Assembly (NCBI GenBank): GCA_023231475.1
Contig: JALJEE010001769.1
Span: 1-54,739 of the forward strand
Length of the DNA stretch: 54,739 bases
Direction: 5' to 3'
Source of the DNA: Seison nebaliae
Taxonomy: Eukaryota
Position numbers and translations under genes: made by a program. Positions 1 through 19,752 of the stretch are shown piece after piece (positions within the stretch are counted from its first letter, which is position 1; each line of letters opens with the position of its first letter). The notes below the pieces were generated by a model. The model did not search any database, had not been told where the DNA came from, and worked only from the letters and a program-made list of their open reading frames with translations.

Positions 1-147
1 TTTCTATTAGAAAACCTTTCCAACTATATTTTAATTTAGGAAGTAGTTACACTTTGCGAATAACCTGAATTTAGGGAATTTTTTCCATTCATCTTCGCTT
101 TCTAAAGCTGAACCTTTTGCTAAATTTATGTTGAAAATTGCATTTCC

Positions 148-230
148 ATATTCCACTCGAAAACTAGATATCTGCCCAAAAATTCGACTCAGAAATTCCA
201 CTCAAATATTCCACTCAAAAATTCGAATAC
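148..230. repeat. Degenerate ~13-bp tandem repeat (ATTCCACTCAAAA)
   Basis: Copies ATTCCACTCGAAA, ATTCGACTCAGAA, ATTCCACTCAAAT, ATTCCACTCAAAA and ATTCGAATAC. Confidence 0.6.
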
Positions 231-2965
231 GACGAATTGTGTAATGATAAATTTATCTGGTAGAAATTTGAAAGTTAATGTTAACTCGCATAGGTTTAAC
301 TGGAAAGTGATTATTGGGTGACGTTTGGAGATTGGCACAAAAAAAGATTGATTTAGGATTTATGAAAATTTTAATTTAATCAATAAATTGATATGTGTAT
401 GGGTGTATGAGTGTGTATGTGGAGAGATGGGTTTTGTTAGCATTTGGACATCACTACCATGTATCTACAATTAACGTATCGATAAATAATAATGAGAATA
501 ATAATGATTGAAATGGATTGTATTATGAGAGATAATCATATAATTGTTTCTCTATTGAGAGAGAAAGAGAGATGAAGATAAATGTTAAATGTTTAAATAA
601 ATATTATTCATTCTTTTATTTTTCCATTTTCAAAGACAAAAATTATTAATTGATGATTTTATTTTATTCTCCCTCTATTTTTTTTTAAAGTTCTTTCCTC
701 TTCCTCTTTTGGGTAGTGAGTTTAAATTGAATAATTGTACTTCTTCTTCTATTTGAATGTGTGATTGATGAATATAGAAATGAAATAGAATAGAAGTAAT
801 TTATTTATTCTTATCATTCCTATTATCATTCTCTACTGGAGAAGAAAAAGAAGGAAACTTGTTCCATATTCTTCCTCTCCTTCCCGTTCTTTCCTCCTCT
901 CCAACGCCCTATAATATTATATATTCTTTTCTCAACTAACACTTTCTCTTACTAGATGTCTCTGTATTGAATGGAATGAATTATTGTCGTCCTACATAAT
1001 ATGATGTCGAGAAGTATCATGAATATTGTTTGATAGTGAGACGTCTGATGAACCCGTCTCTTTAACGTGAATCAGAAAGAATTATGAATAGGAAATTATA
1101 TTTATATCTACTACTGTTTTCAACCATTTGGTGTTTGGAAGGGAAGACGACTAATATTTATCACATTCTTCTCTCCCACTTTCGTCTCCCATTTAACGAT
1201 CATTTATCGTTACTCTGACTGTTTATTCCAATGGAAATCGAACTAACCCCCATGTATCAATAGGATGTTTCTTTCCACTGGAAATAAACCCAAAAAACAA
1301 CTACTCCCAATTTATTGGCAATATTATCGGAGAAGATTTCTATTTATCTTCTTTCCGGTTGTCTGTGTAATTATTCCTAATTTCCCATTATGCTTATTTA
1401 CATATGGAACAATTTTTTGTTTATGAATGTTGATAGGAGGAATACTATAAATTAAGACGATTTAATTTATTTATTGAGTCAATTTAGTTGGAACCCGTTT
1501 CCTCCTCTACTCCCTCCCAACCAAACATGACGTAATATTTTTGCAAATTCATTCCAGACCGATCTGAATGAATTCTATTAACCATCCTCGAGAATTATTC
1601 ATTCCGTTATTCTCTTCCAAATCCAAATGATTGAAAAACTTCTTTTTTATTGAAATAGAAACTTCTTCTTCTTTTATCAAACAGAGTTTTCCTTTGTGAA
1701 TGAAATGAAACAGAATATCATTCATTCTTCATTTACCTTCAACATGTCGATTATCTCGAATATTAGACCTGCTGTCAAATCGACATAGAAAATTGATATC
1801 GATTTACCTCCTTATTCCTATTATTCTAAACAAAAAAAATTCATCGATCATCAAATAAAATCCATTCACAATTATTTTATCTTCATCACTGACAATTATG
1901 AGTAAAATCTGTTTTTATCGTAAATGAAATAAATACTTTTAATTTTTCATAATAAATCTTCATCATTCGAATAACATGTCAAAATTGTCTTTCTACTCTA
2001 AAATTCTCCTACTTCAATTATTCTAATCGTTTTTTCCTATTTACGTAAATTCCACTATAAATTCCGAGTAAAATAAAAAGAAATTTTATGATAGATTTGA
2101 TTTTTATGATCAAAAATCTGATGTCTCTCACTCACTTGATCAATCAGACTTCTTTTAGAAAAGGAAGGAGAGAAAGAGTTATTGTTGTTGTCATTGTTTT
2201 TTTTTTAAGAAAAAAAAGAAAATATTTAAAACTTTAAAAAAGAATAAGAAATTTGATAAGAAGGAGAATTGATAATTTTATGAGAAATTGTCTTATGGAA
2301 AAATTAGTAAATTTTCTAATGAAAAATTCGAGTTTTTGAAAGAAAGAATTTTCTCTTGATCTTGTACAAACTCTCATCTACAATTATGAAATCATGCACC
2401 CATTCTTTTCATTTTTTCCAAATTAATATTCAATCATCAGAACTTCTCCAAAAATATTTTAAGAGAATTCATAAGTTATGAATCATAACTTTCTTTTTTT
2501 GGAGGCATGTGAAGACCTTGTAATATAGTAGTAGGTGAGTGAAGGTGGTGGAATAAAGTCAATCGTGAAAATCGTTCGATGGAAAGTTGACGATAATAAA
2601 TATTTTTCTTTCTAAAATTTCATCTAATACATATTTCTCTTTACTTCTATCTCTTCCCCCCCCAAACAGAGGAATAAGTGTTTAATTTGCAGTTTAACTC
2701 TATTTGTCTATTCTCCTCTCGGAACTGAAGTTATTTCGTTGTGAACAAGATTGTTGGTATAACGTGTGAGAGACGGAGATGAGGTAAATGGAATAGAAAA
2801 AAAATATTAATAAGTTTTTTTGGAAAGAAAATCGTTTGAGCAAATTGGCAGGAGTATAAGAAGAAATCGTGGAAAATCGAAATATCAGAGGGGAAGTGTG
2901 TGGAAATAGACGGAATTGTCTAGATGTGGTGGAAGAATAAGAATAAAATCGAAAATGATTAGATA

Positions 2966-3901
2966 ATGTTCAGCCATATTATTACTGATGTATTCTCATG
3001 GTTTAATCGAACGAAGACGATTGATGGGAAAGAGTTACCGGCTAAACGACATCAGAGTGCGAAAGAATTTCACAATGACAATTATTTGGAGGAGGATGAG
3101 ACTGAAAATCAAATGAAATTAGATGGAAATGGAGAAATGGTTCGTCGGTTGAGCGATTTCACTGGAAAGAACGGTAATGAACATCAAATGTTGGTGAATG
3201 AACAGATGAGGAATCGAGATCAAATCTTCTCACCGATCATTAGTTCCCTATCTGTTCGTTCTCTAATTCCGAAAGAGACTAATGGAAATCATTCTCATCA
3301 ACATACGACGATAAATACTGTGAAGAATTATGATAATTATTCTGCGGGGACAAATGAAGAATATCGATATAATAATAATGATGGTCCATTCACGTTCGCT
3401 ATTACAACGATGGCAACGACGACAACTCCCTTAAATCCGAATGAGATGGACAATGTAAATCATTTCTCTTATTTGACACGGAGTTGTAGTAGAGCAAGAA
3501 GTATTCAATTAAACGTTTCCTTCGATAACAATCATGAATTACAAAATAAGAATTATGCAATAACTTCAATAACAACAACAGCGGGAATGACGACGAATGT
3601 GAATGATAATGATATCTCGAGAGCGCTTAAAATGAATAATAATTTAATTAATTTTCATCATCAATCTACTGGTGATGGGAGAACATCTAACTGGATGGAT
3701 GATCCATCAAGTCAATCATATGGAGAGCGTCAAACACGAGGCAAATTATTAAATACACGAAAATTAGAATTACAACAGAAACAGCAACAACAACAACAAC
3801 AACAACAACAACTTCAGTTGCAGAATCAGTTATTATCTGTTAATGCACTTATTCCATCAACAATGTCACTTCAACAAGAACAACTTCAACAACAACAGCT
3901 C

Positions 3902-3934
<33 letters not shown>

Positions 3935-6900
3935 CGTAAAATAAAGAGAAGACAATTACGAGCAATCGATTTAAATTCATTAAATCCAACTGAAACTCAA
4001 TCAGCAATTCAACAACAACAACAACAACAACTTCAACAAGTTTTCTTAATGAAGAATGAGATGTATATGAAACTTAATCAACCAGATGATGTGAATCCAA
4101 GTATTCTCTTATCTGCTGCATCGTTGCCAATTGTTGTAACAACGTCGATGATACATATGTCGACAAGGAGTGTTGGCACCATGTCCAATCCAGCAACAAA
4201 TACATTTAATCCATTTGAGCAAACTAATAATATTAATCAACTTCTCCTTCAACAACAACAACAACAACAACAAATAAATTGTATTATTTCTTTAACGTCA
4301 TCCAATTCATCGATAATAAATACGACAGATACTTCTTACATAACAGCCATATCTGATAATAATAATAACAACAACAACAATAATTCAGAAACATCTACTC
4401 CACAAGATCATATGTCGTGGTTAATGAATTTAAATTCTTCCGTTAATTCTCCAGTCTCCATATCAACAAGTATTATAACGAAACCAACAACTATTATGTC
4501 AACTAATATCATTAATATGAGTAATTTAAACAGTCCAAACGCAAATAAGAATAATAATAATAATAATAATAACAACAACAACAAGAACAATATGATAAAA
4601 CGACCGATGATAAGAACGTCATATTTCGATGATCAATTCGGTCAAAGTCCGTCCAATTTCACTAATATTTTCTCACCCTCAAATACGACCATGCTTCCAC
4701 TTACTACGAGAACAACAATCCTCTCCACTATCACTACTAATCAGTCAACAGATCCTATTAATGTATCCACAGTAAAACAATCGATATCTTCGATTAATTT
4801 CACGAAAACGACAACAGTCGCCACAGAACGAGTAGATGAAAATAAAGCGAATAAGATTAAGCGTGATGGTTTGAAACGATTTACGATCAATTCTACCGAA
4901 TGGTGTTTCCGTTATTTTAAAAACGAACGAATAAAACAAAGTCAAATCGATTACAATGTTGTTGCATTTGCACATTTTCAACCTCTTTTGCTCATCGACG
5001 GTCATCAGACGACGGATGTTCAACTCCAAATTAGTTTATACAATTTACAATCGATCGATGTCGAACTAATGCAATATTCATTGACTCGTGTGCCGTTTAT
5101 GATTGATCCGTTAGCACAATCAAGAAATATTCGATGTTTATTACGACAATTTCCTTCCAATACTATACGTCGTTCAACATCAATGATTTGTGGGGAAAGG
5201 TTAATTTTTTCTATTTTTCTTTAAACATACACACGGACAGACACAAATACTGTTCCTTTCTCTTATTCAACTTTTTCCTTACCTTTCCTGCAATTCCACG
5301 CAATTCATTTACATATTAGTCGACAACTAGTTAACAAATCGTTTATTCATTAAAAGGAAATTGTTAAACGATTAGCGATGCGCAAAACATGAGCGATTGA
5401 TAAGAAGATAAGAAAAACTTCTAAGCACTAATCACTCTTCATCGATGACGACGTGATTGGGGATGGAAATCAATTTATTTTTATTTCATTTTAACTTCAC
5501 TTCCCAATACGAAACTTATTTCCTTTTCGTCCAAAAAGATCATTCTACCATGAGGATGTACCGATATTGGAAACATCTTTATCCAATCATCATCTTTCCC
5601 AATTTAATTTAGTTAGCGGTGAATGAAATGAACATAATTCAATTACTTAATATTTCTTAACAGTTCCATATTCTCTCTAATGTTTAACGTTCTCTCAATG
5701 GTAATTGTGTTCAATTTAGTAGGAAAATATGTACATCCGTTTATCTCATTTCGTCATCATCACCATCATCATCATGATGATAATAAGAAAAAGAAGAATG
5801 GTTTGTGGGGAAAAGAAGGAATTGTAGGAGAAATTTCAATAAATAATCACGAGAACCGAAAAATAAATTAATGGTAACACATCACCTTAAAAATATCAAT
5901 TGACACAATGAGAGGGATGCGAGGTGAATTGATGCGATTCTCTCCAACAATTTTATTATTGTCAATAATCTTCCTTCTTTCCATTAAGAGGTTCTTCTTA
6001 ATCCTAAAATGTTTACTCTGTCAGTTAATAACCGAATTTTCTGCATTTCTTCTTCATTTACCTATTCTTACCTACCCATATCCACCAGCTTCGAACCATC
6101 ATGCACATTCGATTAGGTCATGTACAGAACACATCCCAAAAGCGACACATATAAACACACAGCCATTGATGTACTGTGTGTGTTTGTGTGTGTGTGTGTG
6201 GGAGAGAGCGAGAAGGAAGATGAAGGATATGAAAATGTTTCTAATCGAAACTGCCTCGTCTTTATTCCTTTTAAGAGCATCACCAAATACAATAGCGCTA
6301 TTCCAACTACAATTTTCAATCAACTCTACGAATAACAATACTGCAATCGTTTATAGTAAATGAAACAAAAAAGAAAAGATGAAGAAAATCTCCATAAATT
6401 CCCATCAATCCATCTGAGACATAATCGAGAAAAGTAAAGATAGATTGGCGAGAAAAGCTGAATTAGCAAGTTAACATAATAGGAGAGAAGTAAAGGAAGA
6501 ATAGACGTATGATTGAGTGATTGGAAAGATTTATGCATATGATCGATTTGTCCAATTTTACATCAAAATTAAGCGATACTATCTCATCTTGTTTCTCCAC
6601 TTTTATCTTTTTTTTTTACATAATAATCATTCCAAATAAGAATTTCTAATCATCATCATCAAAAACAACTAACCTCACAAATTTCTCTTTCTTTCACACA
6701 CACACACACACACACAAAACCTCAACTTAAGTATGAAATAATTTGGATAACTGTTTCTCATCATCTGTTTAACGAGTGGGAAAAACTGATGTCAATGGGA
6801 ACTTCATAGAAATATGGGGGAAATTTAGTTAGATTGAGAAAAATTATTTATCATATTATTTTGTCATAAAAAATTAAAATTTCTCTTCCATTAGTTAATC

Positions 6901-7004
6901 TCAACCTTCTAATTTTCCATTCCTGGTGTCCTGACGGTCCTGACGGACCATACTATGTCCTTCAGATAATTTGTACGAAAATCGTGTTGAATGGATTCAT
7001 ATGA
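2966..7004 (+). CDS. Q/N/T-rich protein (~807 aa), probable transcription factor; C-terminal domain weakly COE/EBF-like
   Basis: 752-codon ORF with poly-Q and poly-N tracts. Proposed exons are 2966-5199, 5539-5618 and 6895-7004, all GT-AG bounded with matching phases (2 then 1). They read ...MICGER/SFYHEDVPILETSLSNHHLSQFNLVS/VNLNLLIFHSWCPDGPDGPYYVLQIICTKIVLNGFI*. Exon 1 is secure; exons 2-3 are inferred from splice signals and phase only. Confidence 0.7.
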
Positions 7005-8913
7005 GTTTTATAGAAACAATTTAAGTGCAGATCAATAACTGGCCACTATTAAATGTCATTATGCCTGAACTGTTCTCGAATGGTGAGAGTATGACTCCGA
7101 TCATTATACGATGATTATAGTTGGGTAGTATATGCTACTACTACTTAATACTAATACATATCAATACTAAGAATTCCTTAGCTTAATGATGATAGATTAG
7201 AGATATAATATGTATGAGAATAAATCATCCATGATTGTTTCATTGGAATTATCACAAAGAATACCATTGAGAAAATTGAGATAATCTTTCTATTGATGAC
7301 TAGATATGGATGGTGGAATGATATTATAAATTTTTCAACGATAAAAGTCGTTGTTTGGTGCAAGTCCTGACTGTTGAGCTTATTAGGTGCTTATTAAACT
7401 CGTAATTACCTTAGCTTTATTTTGTAACACAAAGTTTTGTAAGTTTAACGCTTGGTCAGTTGAAAGTTATGGTGGATTTTACGATTATTAGATGAATTGA
7501 AATTGGGTATGGAGAATTCGATGTGATTCTAAGAAAAATTTGTGGATTACACTGCCTAATGTTTGTTCTGATGCTCTCTGTGAAAATTTCTATTACATAA
7601 AGTATCGGATTTTGGTTCATGACGCATGAATAGTTGACGTAGTGGGTTGTCAGTATCTGATCAGTAATATCATATTATTAAACATTACAGCCGTATTATA
7701 ATTGTAGATTGTCGCTTATACGTATGATACGAATGGTATAAACATTTCTTTAATTTAAATTTCCTTCTAATTTCCAACAATATTTCTGATCATCCTCCTA
7801 AAGAGTATTTGGTAAATTGAGAAGAATGATGACAATAATGACCATGATGATGGTGATGATAAGTATTATTATGTTGATCTTGATGATCGTTTCTTCTGTA
7901 TGTAATTCTATCTATTCCATCGAGTATACAAACAAGTTGATCGTCATTCCATAACGATGATAATCATTTATCTATTGAAGCAATATAGAGTTCGGGATGG
8001 GAAATGAGAATGAGAAGAAATTATTTCGAAGGAAAACTTTTCGTCGTTGTCCAATAATCGTTGTTTCGTTGAAGAATAGAATTGTGAAGCAGAATTCCGC
8101 TTTCTATTTACCTCCAACAAATAGGCGACAAATCAGTACAATTTTATCTTTTATCAAATAAATGTCGAATTGACAATCTAACTATTTATTTCAGCATCAT
8201 TCCATCACTTAACTTTCCTTTCACCTTCCACCGATAAGTTGAGATGAAATGAGATTTAGTTATTTATCGATATTCTCATCAATCTCCTTTTTCTCCCTCC
8301 AAATTCACTTTTCCTTTCTCGTTCTCCATTATCATATCATCTCACTTCAAATGACGACAACATTCCTTTCCATCGACAACTCATTTATGTTTGATGCGTT
8401 ACAAACATTTCGTCTTCTTCTTTTTAATATCAAGTAACGATTTCGCACATTCCCTTCCTCCAACTCATCCACCATATTTGCTTCTCAAATTTCTCGTAAT
8501 CGAAAGCTTTTAACAACAATTATCATAATTCAAATGAATCATTTAGAGAATTTTTAAGGAATCCTCCTTCTTTTCAGAATTTTAATTGGAATATTTCTTA
8601 GAATTTTTCATTTGTTTAAAAAAGGATGAATCCATTGATGGAAGATAATAAATTATTCGGACATTTCACACATTTGTCAATATCGAGTGGACAGTAAAAG
8701 AAGAAGATTTCACTTTGACTTTTCCAACTATTTCATCTCATCAATTCTTTCTCATCAGATTTATTCTTTCTTTCTTCCTTCAATCTCACTCGATAGATAT
8801 ATTTTTTATGTCAATGACAAGGAGGAGAAAAATCCGATGATATTTTAACATTCTTTTCTATTGTTTCCTGAGTGCACGAGAATTTTGGTTTAACGTCAGC
8901 TTTCGCGCTCCCT

Positions 8914-8920
8914 TATAAAT
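8914..8920 (+). promoter_or_regulatory. TATA-box-like element upstream of the 8980 ORF
   Basis: TATAAAT preceded by a locally GC-richer patch (GCTTTCGCGCTCCC), ~60 nt before ATG 8980. Such hexamers are common in AT-rich DNA. Confidence 0.3.
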
Positions 8921-8979
8921 AATGAGTGATATCTCCCATATAAACATCAATTCCATTTCCATTTCCATCATTTCTCATC

Positions 8980-9322
8980 ATGAATGTTATTAATCGATGG
9001 ATGCTACGATTATTCCATCAACACGATGTCAATACCTGGGATGACATGGATGAGAAACAAACGGTAAATCCGCCAAACAGGAAAAGTTCTAATATTAAAA
9101 ACAATCAGAAGAACGGCCATAATAATTTGATTAATAATCGATTAAGAAATAAAACGAGACAAATGTTATATCATCAGAAATCTTCATCTTATGATGAAAA
9201 TCAACATTATTTCCATCAACATCAACATCATTCCCATAAAGATGAGAGTAAAGAGGATGTGATTGGCATGGATCAGCGCGCTTCTTACTACACACAACAA
9301 CTTTATCAATATCATGATTTTG
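8980..9322 (+). CDS. Coding exon (N/H/Q-rich); alternative first exon of SRPK or first exon of a small separate gene
   Basis: ATG-initiated ORF with composition like the other genes here, ending at a strong donor G|GTAAGA (9322/9323, phase 1). The downstream partner exon is unresolved. Confidence 0.55.
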
Positions 9323-9963
9323 GTAAGAGCAAAGAAATCAATCAATATCAGAGTAGCAAGTAGCATCAATTCTTTTACTTTACTAAACTTTTACTATATT
9401 TGTTGAATTGCTGATGAATTATTATGATTCCAATTAATTCCCATATGATCATCTTATCATTCCAGAAGATAATTACTAATTTACATTATTCCATCATTGA
9501 AAGAATTTCAGAGAAATATTTCGAAAATTTTAAACATTTTCATTTCTTCTTTCTGCTTCTGTGAGAGAAGCGTCTTCAACAAAAACATTTCTTATAATTT
9601 CTCTTTCAAATTTTTTCTTTTAAGAATTATTTAGTCATTTTTATAGTTGATTATAGTCGTTTGAATGAATCGAATGAAATTTTAATATGAAATTTTCAAA
9701 TTAAGAACTATAACTTTCCTTTTATGATTATTATTTTCTTGTCATACTAGTTCATTGGCCTAATACGAGAGAGAGAGTGATTGTTTTCATCAATTTTATT
9801 TATTTTCCACTAAACAAAACTATCAACTTCTGTTTCCTTTCCACCATCTAACAAATGGAAGTTGAGCAAGTCTTTCGTTTTGTTACATGATGAATTGCAT
9901 GTCATTCGAGATGAAAAAAGAAATGAAAGTAATTCTTGGAATTAACGAACTCGAAATAAGTAA

Positions 9964-10005
9964 ATAGATAGATAGATAGATGGATGGATGGATGGATGGA
10001 TGGAT
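9964..10005. repeat. Compound microsatellite (ATAG)n(ATGG)n
   Basis: Directly visible. Confidence 0.9.
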
Positions 10006-10375
10006 GTTTAGATGGGATGTGAGTGATGGATAGTATAGGTAGATAGATATTATTTCATTTCGAACATGTATCTCGACTTCCAAACAAACGAGAATGACAA
10101 TACTAGAAAATTTATATAATTATCGTCATTTCCATAAAAGATATGTTAATGAGAATATTACGGATGGGATGATGACAAACATATTTCGAAAGAAAGATTC
10201 CATCAATTATTTCACTTTTCTCGTAATTTATAATCGGTGGGAAATCATCGGAAGAAAGATGTTTTGCGAAAGAATTGACATTATATTTGTCTTTCCTTTC
10301 AAATTTTCCTTTTGCGGTTCAACCGAATCGAACGGCTAACTTGTCCACGTAGACAGTTAGTTTATACGTGTTACG

Positions 10376-10490
10376 TTGAAAAGCGAAAGACGAAACAATT
10401 GAAAAGCGAAAATTGAATAAATGTGGAAATTGAATGGAAGTTGAAAAGGACGAAGTTAAATGAGATTGAAAAGCGAAAAGTGAAATTGAA
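10376..10490 (+). repeat. Three exact copies of TTGAAAAGCGAAA plus variants
   Basis: Copies at 10376-10388, 10399-10411 and 10466-10478. Confidence 0.8.
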
Positions 10491-10894
10491 AATAGAAAGA
10501 GTATATTAAATTTACGAGTTGGAATTGATTCAACTCGAATTTGGCGAAAGGAGAAAAAATTGTCGAAAAATTAGAAAAATTAATTTAATTCGTGATTGAA
10601 CTGCAAGTTCCTCAAAGGAAATATCATTTAATTTTATTTTGCCTTCGGTTAATCTTTTCACTCCCGACGATACTCAATATAACTACTTCTCATTTTTGGT
10701 GAAAGAGGAATTCGAGATCGAGAGTTATTGCTACATCTCTCCCCAGTAAATTGATCAGATAGAAATGATTACAAAAAGAAAGTTCGTTAAAAAAATTTCT
10801 TTCAATTATCTTATCGCTTGTTGTGACGATTGTCATCTTCATCTTTTGTTGATGATGGAACTTCGTTTCCAACAACAACTTCTCCGAGGACGAA

Positions 10895-10989
10895 ATGGAC
10901 GAAATAATAATTTACTTACTCTCCCCTATTCACGATGATTATTTGTGCGGAAAATTTAACATGATTATCTGTCGTATTATGTCAAAGAT
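10895..10989 (+). CDS. Candidate first coding exon of SRPK
   Basis: ATG GAC GAA... stays open to donor AT|GTTTCA. Phase 2 matches the SRPK acceptor TTTCAG|G at 12066/12067. No homology support. Confidence 0.3.
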
Positions 10990-11616
10990 GTTTCATATAT
11001 TAATTTCTGGAGAAGTTACTGCTGTTCGTACTTCTTTCATGTAGTTCCTGCATGTATATATATATATATATATGTGTGTGTGTATGTATGTGTTTTTGTA
11101 GGATTGAGAGCGAATTATGAATAAGAATCTGCATAATGACATCAGATAGGACATGCGAGAAAAGATGAAGGAATTTATTGTAATTAGAATAAGAAAAGTA
11201 AATTGATAATCTATTTTCTTATCTTCCTCTTGTTCTTATGTATTAAACAAATGGATAAGAAGACAGGAAGAAAATCAAATTTATTTATATGATTTACCTT
11301 TGTCAAACATTTCAATCATCTTCTCATATCTATCTCCGTCCATCTATCCACTTTTTAGTAGTTTGGATCTTATCCACTCGTATTCATCCCATCAAACATT
11401 TATGTTAAGATGATTATACCTGAACATTCTCTCATCTTCTCCTCCTATTCGTCTTTCTTGATATTTTAATCGATTCCTCATATCTAATTCCAACATCATC
11501 ATACATCTACTACCAGACAGATGTGACACAATATGACTTCATGAATTCATTCTATATTTTCAAATATATATAAATTGAGTTTTATTCATACATTTCTTTC
11601 TTTCCTTTTTTAACAT

Positions 11617-11618
<2 letters not shown>

Positions 11619-11692
<74 letters not shown>

Positions 11693-11746
11693 ATGACGAT
11701 AAGCCAAACATTATCAATATTAGTGATAGTAGTAGTAGTAGTAGTA
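11619..11746. repeat. Compound microsatellite (CTA)n(ATA)n followed by complementary (TAG)n
   Basis: Directly visible upstream of the SRPK acceptor at 12066. Confidence 0.9.
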
Positions 11747-12037
11747 CTAGTATTAGTTGCTCATAAAGAACTAAATGACGTGATCACATCTAATTAGATT
11801 ATTAAGGAGAGGAGGATGTGAATTAGGAGAATAAGATAAATGAGTTTTCCAATAAACCAACGGAATGATTCTACTGTTTTTGGAAGGGTTCCCTTTTAGG
11901 GTTTCTTTTTCATAATAGTCAAAAGAAGAGAATTGAGAAGGAAAATATTCGACGTTTTGTTTAAGTGGAGAGAAAGATGAAATTGAAGGGAATTGAAGAG
12001 AATTGAATTGAAGAGAAACGAAAGAATCCTTTTTTGA

Positions 12038-18732
<6,695 letters not shown>

Positions 18733-19752
18733 ATGACCTTCTCTCATCCTCGATCTTTATCAGTCACGACGGAAATATCTGTCATTTCCGTTTACTTCAT
18801 ATCCACAAAATTCTCTTGTTGTTCGTTAATATCTCTTTTTTTTTGTTTTCTCAATATCAGTCAAAAAAAAAAAAACCAAAAGAACAAACAAAAAGTATCT
18901 TCTAATCGTTTTCTTTCAAAGGAAAAGTTTTAAGAAATTTTAATCCTTTACAAAAATTCTTAATAATAAAAGAATAATCAATTTTATCCAATTTAATAGT
19001 CAGTAAAACAAATTCCTTCTTCATCATCATCATCATCGCCATTATTTTAGAGATTAAGTTGTGGATGATTTTTATTTCATCATAATCCAATTCACGTCTC
19101 ATCTTTCCATTCTTATTAATTATCATTTTCAACCCGGTTTCGTCGATAAAACATAAAAGATTCATTTCCAGAAAAAAAACGATCTATCTTCATATCAAAT
19201 CCTTCTCCTCACCAATCCCAACTATTTCCAACAAACAATACAGTTAATTATTGAACAGACTTATTCATTCGATATTTCCATCATCAATTTCTCAATAATT
19301 TTCAATTCTATTTTTTCACTTTCAAAATTAAAATATCAAAATCAAAAAACTTTTCCTCTTCTTTAATCGTTAATGAACATGATGAAATTTAGAATTTTCT
19401 TTATTTTCAATTGTCAGTTCAATATGATCAATATGGAGAAATGTCATATTGACAAATTGACTATCAGTTTTGATGGGTAAAACTATATTAAATTTCAAAT
19501 TAAACTTTTGCCAAAGAGAGAAGAGTTTTATTAAATCCGAAACAATTAGAATCATTCGTCTAACATTCTCACACGTACCTTCCAAATCAATATGAAAATC
19601 TCTTAATTAATTAATCAATTAATATTCTTTAAAAATCTCTTTCTCTTAATCTATTCAATCTCCATAACATTCATTAAATCACTTTATATCATCTCTTATA
19701 AATCGTTTAGATTTTTAACGATAATTTCAAAGTAGTTCGTCGTTCCATCTCT

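Noticed and set aside
5908..6363. 151-aa ORF in the second intron of gene 1
   Set aside because: Runs through a (GT)n microsatellite and pyrimidine tracts; no recognisable protein features.
18733..18933. ORF starting immediately after the SRPK stop (possible readthrough)
   Set aside because: TAA-A is an efficient stop context and the sequence is T/A-run-rich, 3' UTR-like.
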